Source: Octopus sinensis
Taxonomy: Eukaryota
Reading direction: 5' to 3'
Assembly (NCBI RefSeq): GCF_006345805.1
Contig: NC_042999.1
Location: forward strand, 150,660,001 to 150,724,000
Length of the DNA stretch: 64,000 nt
The position numbers were made by a program, and so were the translations under genes. Shown in pieces: positions 63,159 to 64,000 of the stretch (position 1 is the first letter of the stretch; every line of letters starts with the position of its first letter). The notes beneath the pieces were generated by a model. It had not been told where the DNA came from. It was given only the letters and a program-made list of their open reading frames with translations, and searched no databases.

Positions 63159-63555
63159 TCTTTATATATAAAAGTAAGGTTGTGTGTCTGTCTCCTACGA
63201 TTTAGATTCCTAACTACTCCCACATTTTGCGGTGCAGTTTAACCAAAACCGTGTATCTTACAGTCGTGATTCATATCGAGCCCTTCTGGGTATTAGCGCG
63301 CGTCTACGATGAGTCTACGATTAAAAAAAAAATTACCATAATTTTTTTCCATTTTAATGCATTTTTTTCGCTATTATATAAGGGAAGTAACTCTCTAAAA
63401 ATGTCTACGATGAGTCAACGATTTAAAAAAAAATTTACCATCATTTTTTTCCATTTTTAATGCATTTTTTTGCTATTTTTTGGCTATAACTCTCTAAAAA
63501 TGCTTATATAGTTATTTCCCTTACAAACCCAAGCAACGCCGGGCGATACTGCTAG
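63159..63555 (+). mobile_element. Non-autonomous Helitron, copy 3 (397 bp)
   Basis: a|TCTTTATATATAAAAG...cccaagcaacgccggg-cgatactg-CTAG|t. Confidence 0.87.
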
Positions 63556-64000
63556 TTATTAATAAATCCTTAGCGTATTGGTACAGGACTCGAAATATGA
63601 TAAAAGTTGATTGATAATTGAATTGAACTAGTGTAGTACTAATATTTATCGAACTCACAAAATAGTAGTAAAGGGCAATAGCTTTGCTAATAGGGGATCA
63701 AGGGAAGAAACTGCTTTTCTCGAGCAATTTTTCGAAATTGGTGCCATTTCAACAATTTTTTAAAACTCTTTAGCTACTTATATCAGTAGTTGTACATTTC
63801 GTATTTAATAATATTGTGACTGAAACATGAAATTAATGACTGTAGAATACAGCTAATGAAATATTTCGCGTAATAGAAGAGAAATTGGTTTAAAATTGTT
63901 TGGTATGGGTCACGGCGCTTTTCTAATGTGTTCGCTGTCCCGAACTTTCGAATCCGGCTACGTCTCTGGGTGAGGGTGGGGCGCAAGTAATTTACTTTAC

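Overview
A 64-kb, AT-rich, repeat-saturated animal genomic window. It is almost certainly cephalopod (Octopus-like), inferred from the SINE families and the dense (TA)n/(TATC)n/(TACA)n/(GA)n microsatellites. No intact protein-coding gene can be supported. The only clearly functional genes are five tRNA-Lys(CTT) copies at 346-5463. Retroelements comprise three tRNA-derived SINE families (CORE-type, Nin/Deu-type often as fixed dimers, and a third CORE/Meta/V-like family), a decayed R4/Dong-type RLE LINE, a second RLE-LINE 3' end embedded in (TACA)n, and a CR1-group LINE remnant. DNA elements comprise two rearranged Tc1/mariner derivatives, three non-autonomous Helitrons, a GG-terminated 8-bp-TSD MITE family (Merlin-like) and many foldback MITEs. 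There is also a 5S rRNA pseudogene. Top lead: a set of short microsatellite-embedded elements carrying minimal type-I hammerhead-ribozyme-like motifs (Penelope pLTR/retrozyme-like) in at least three unrelated sequence contexts. Other leads are a CpG-decayed domain at about 42.9-48.3 kb that may mark an unannotated methylated gene body, and an orphan tRNA upstream flank with the tRNA missing. All coordinates were read by eye; TE family names are motif-based and were not database-searched.
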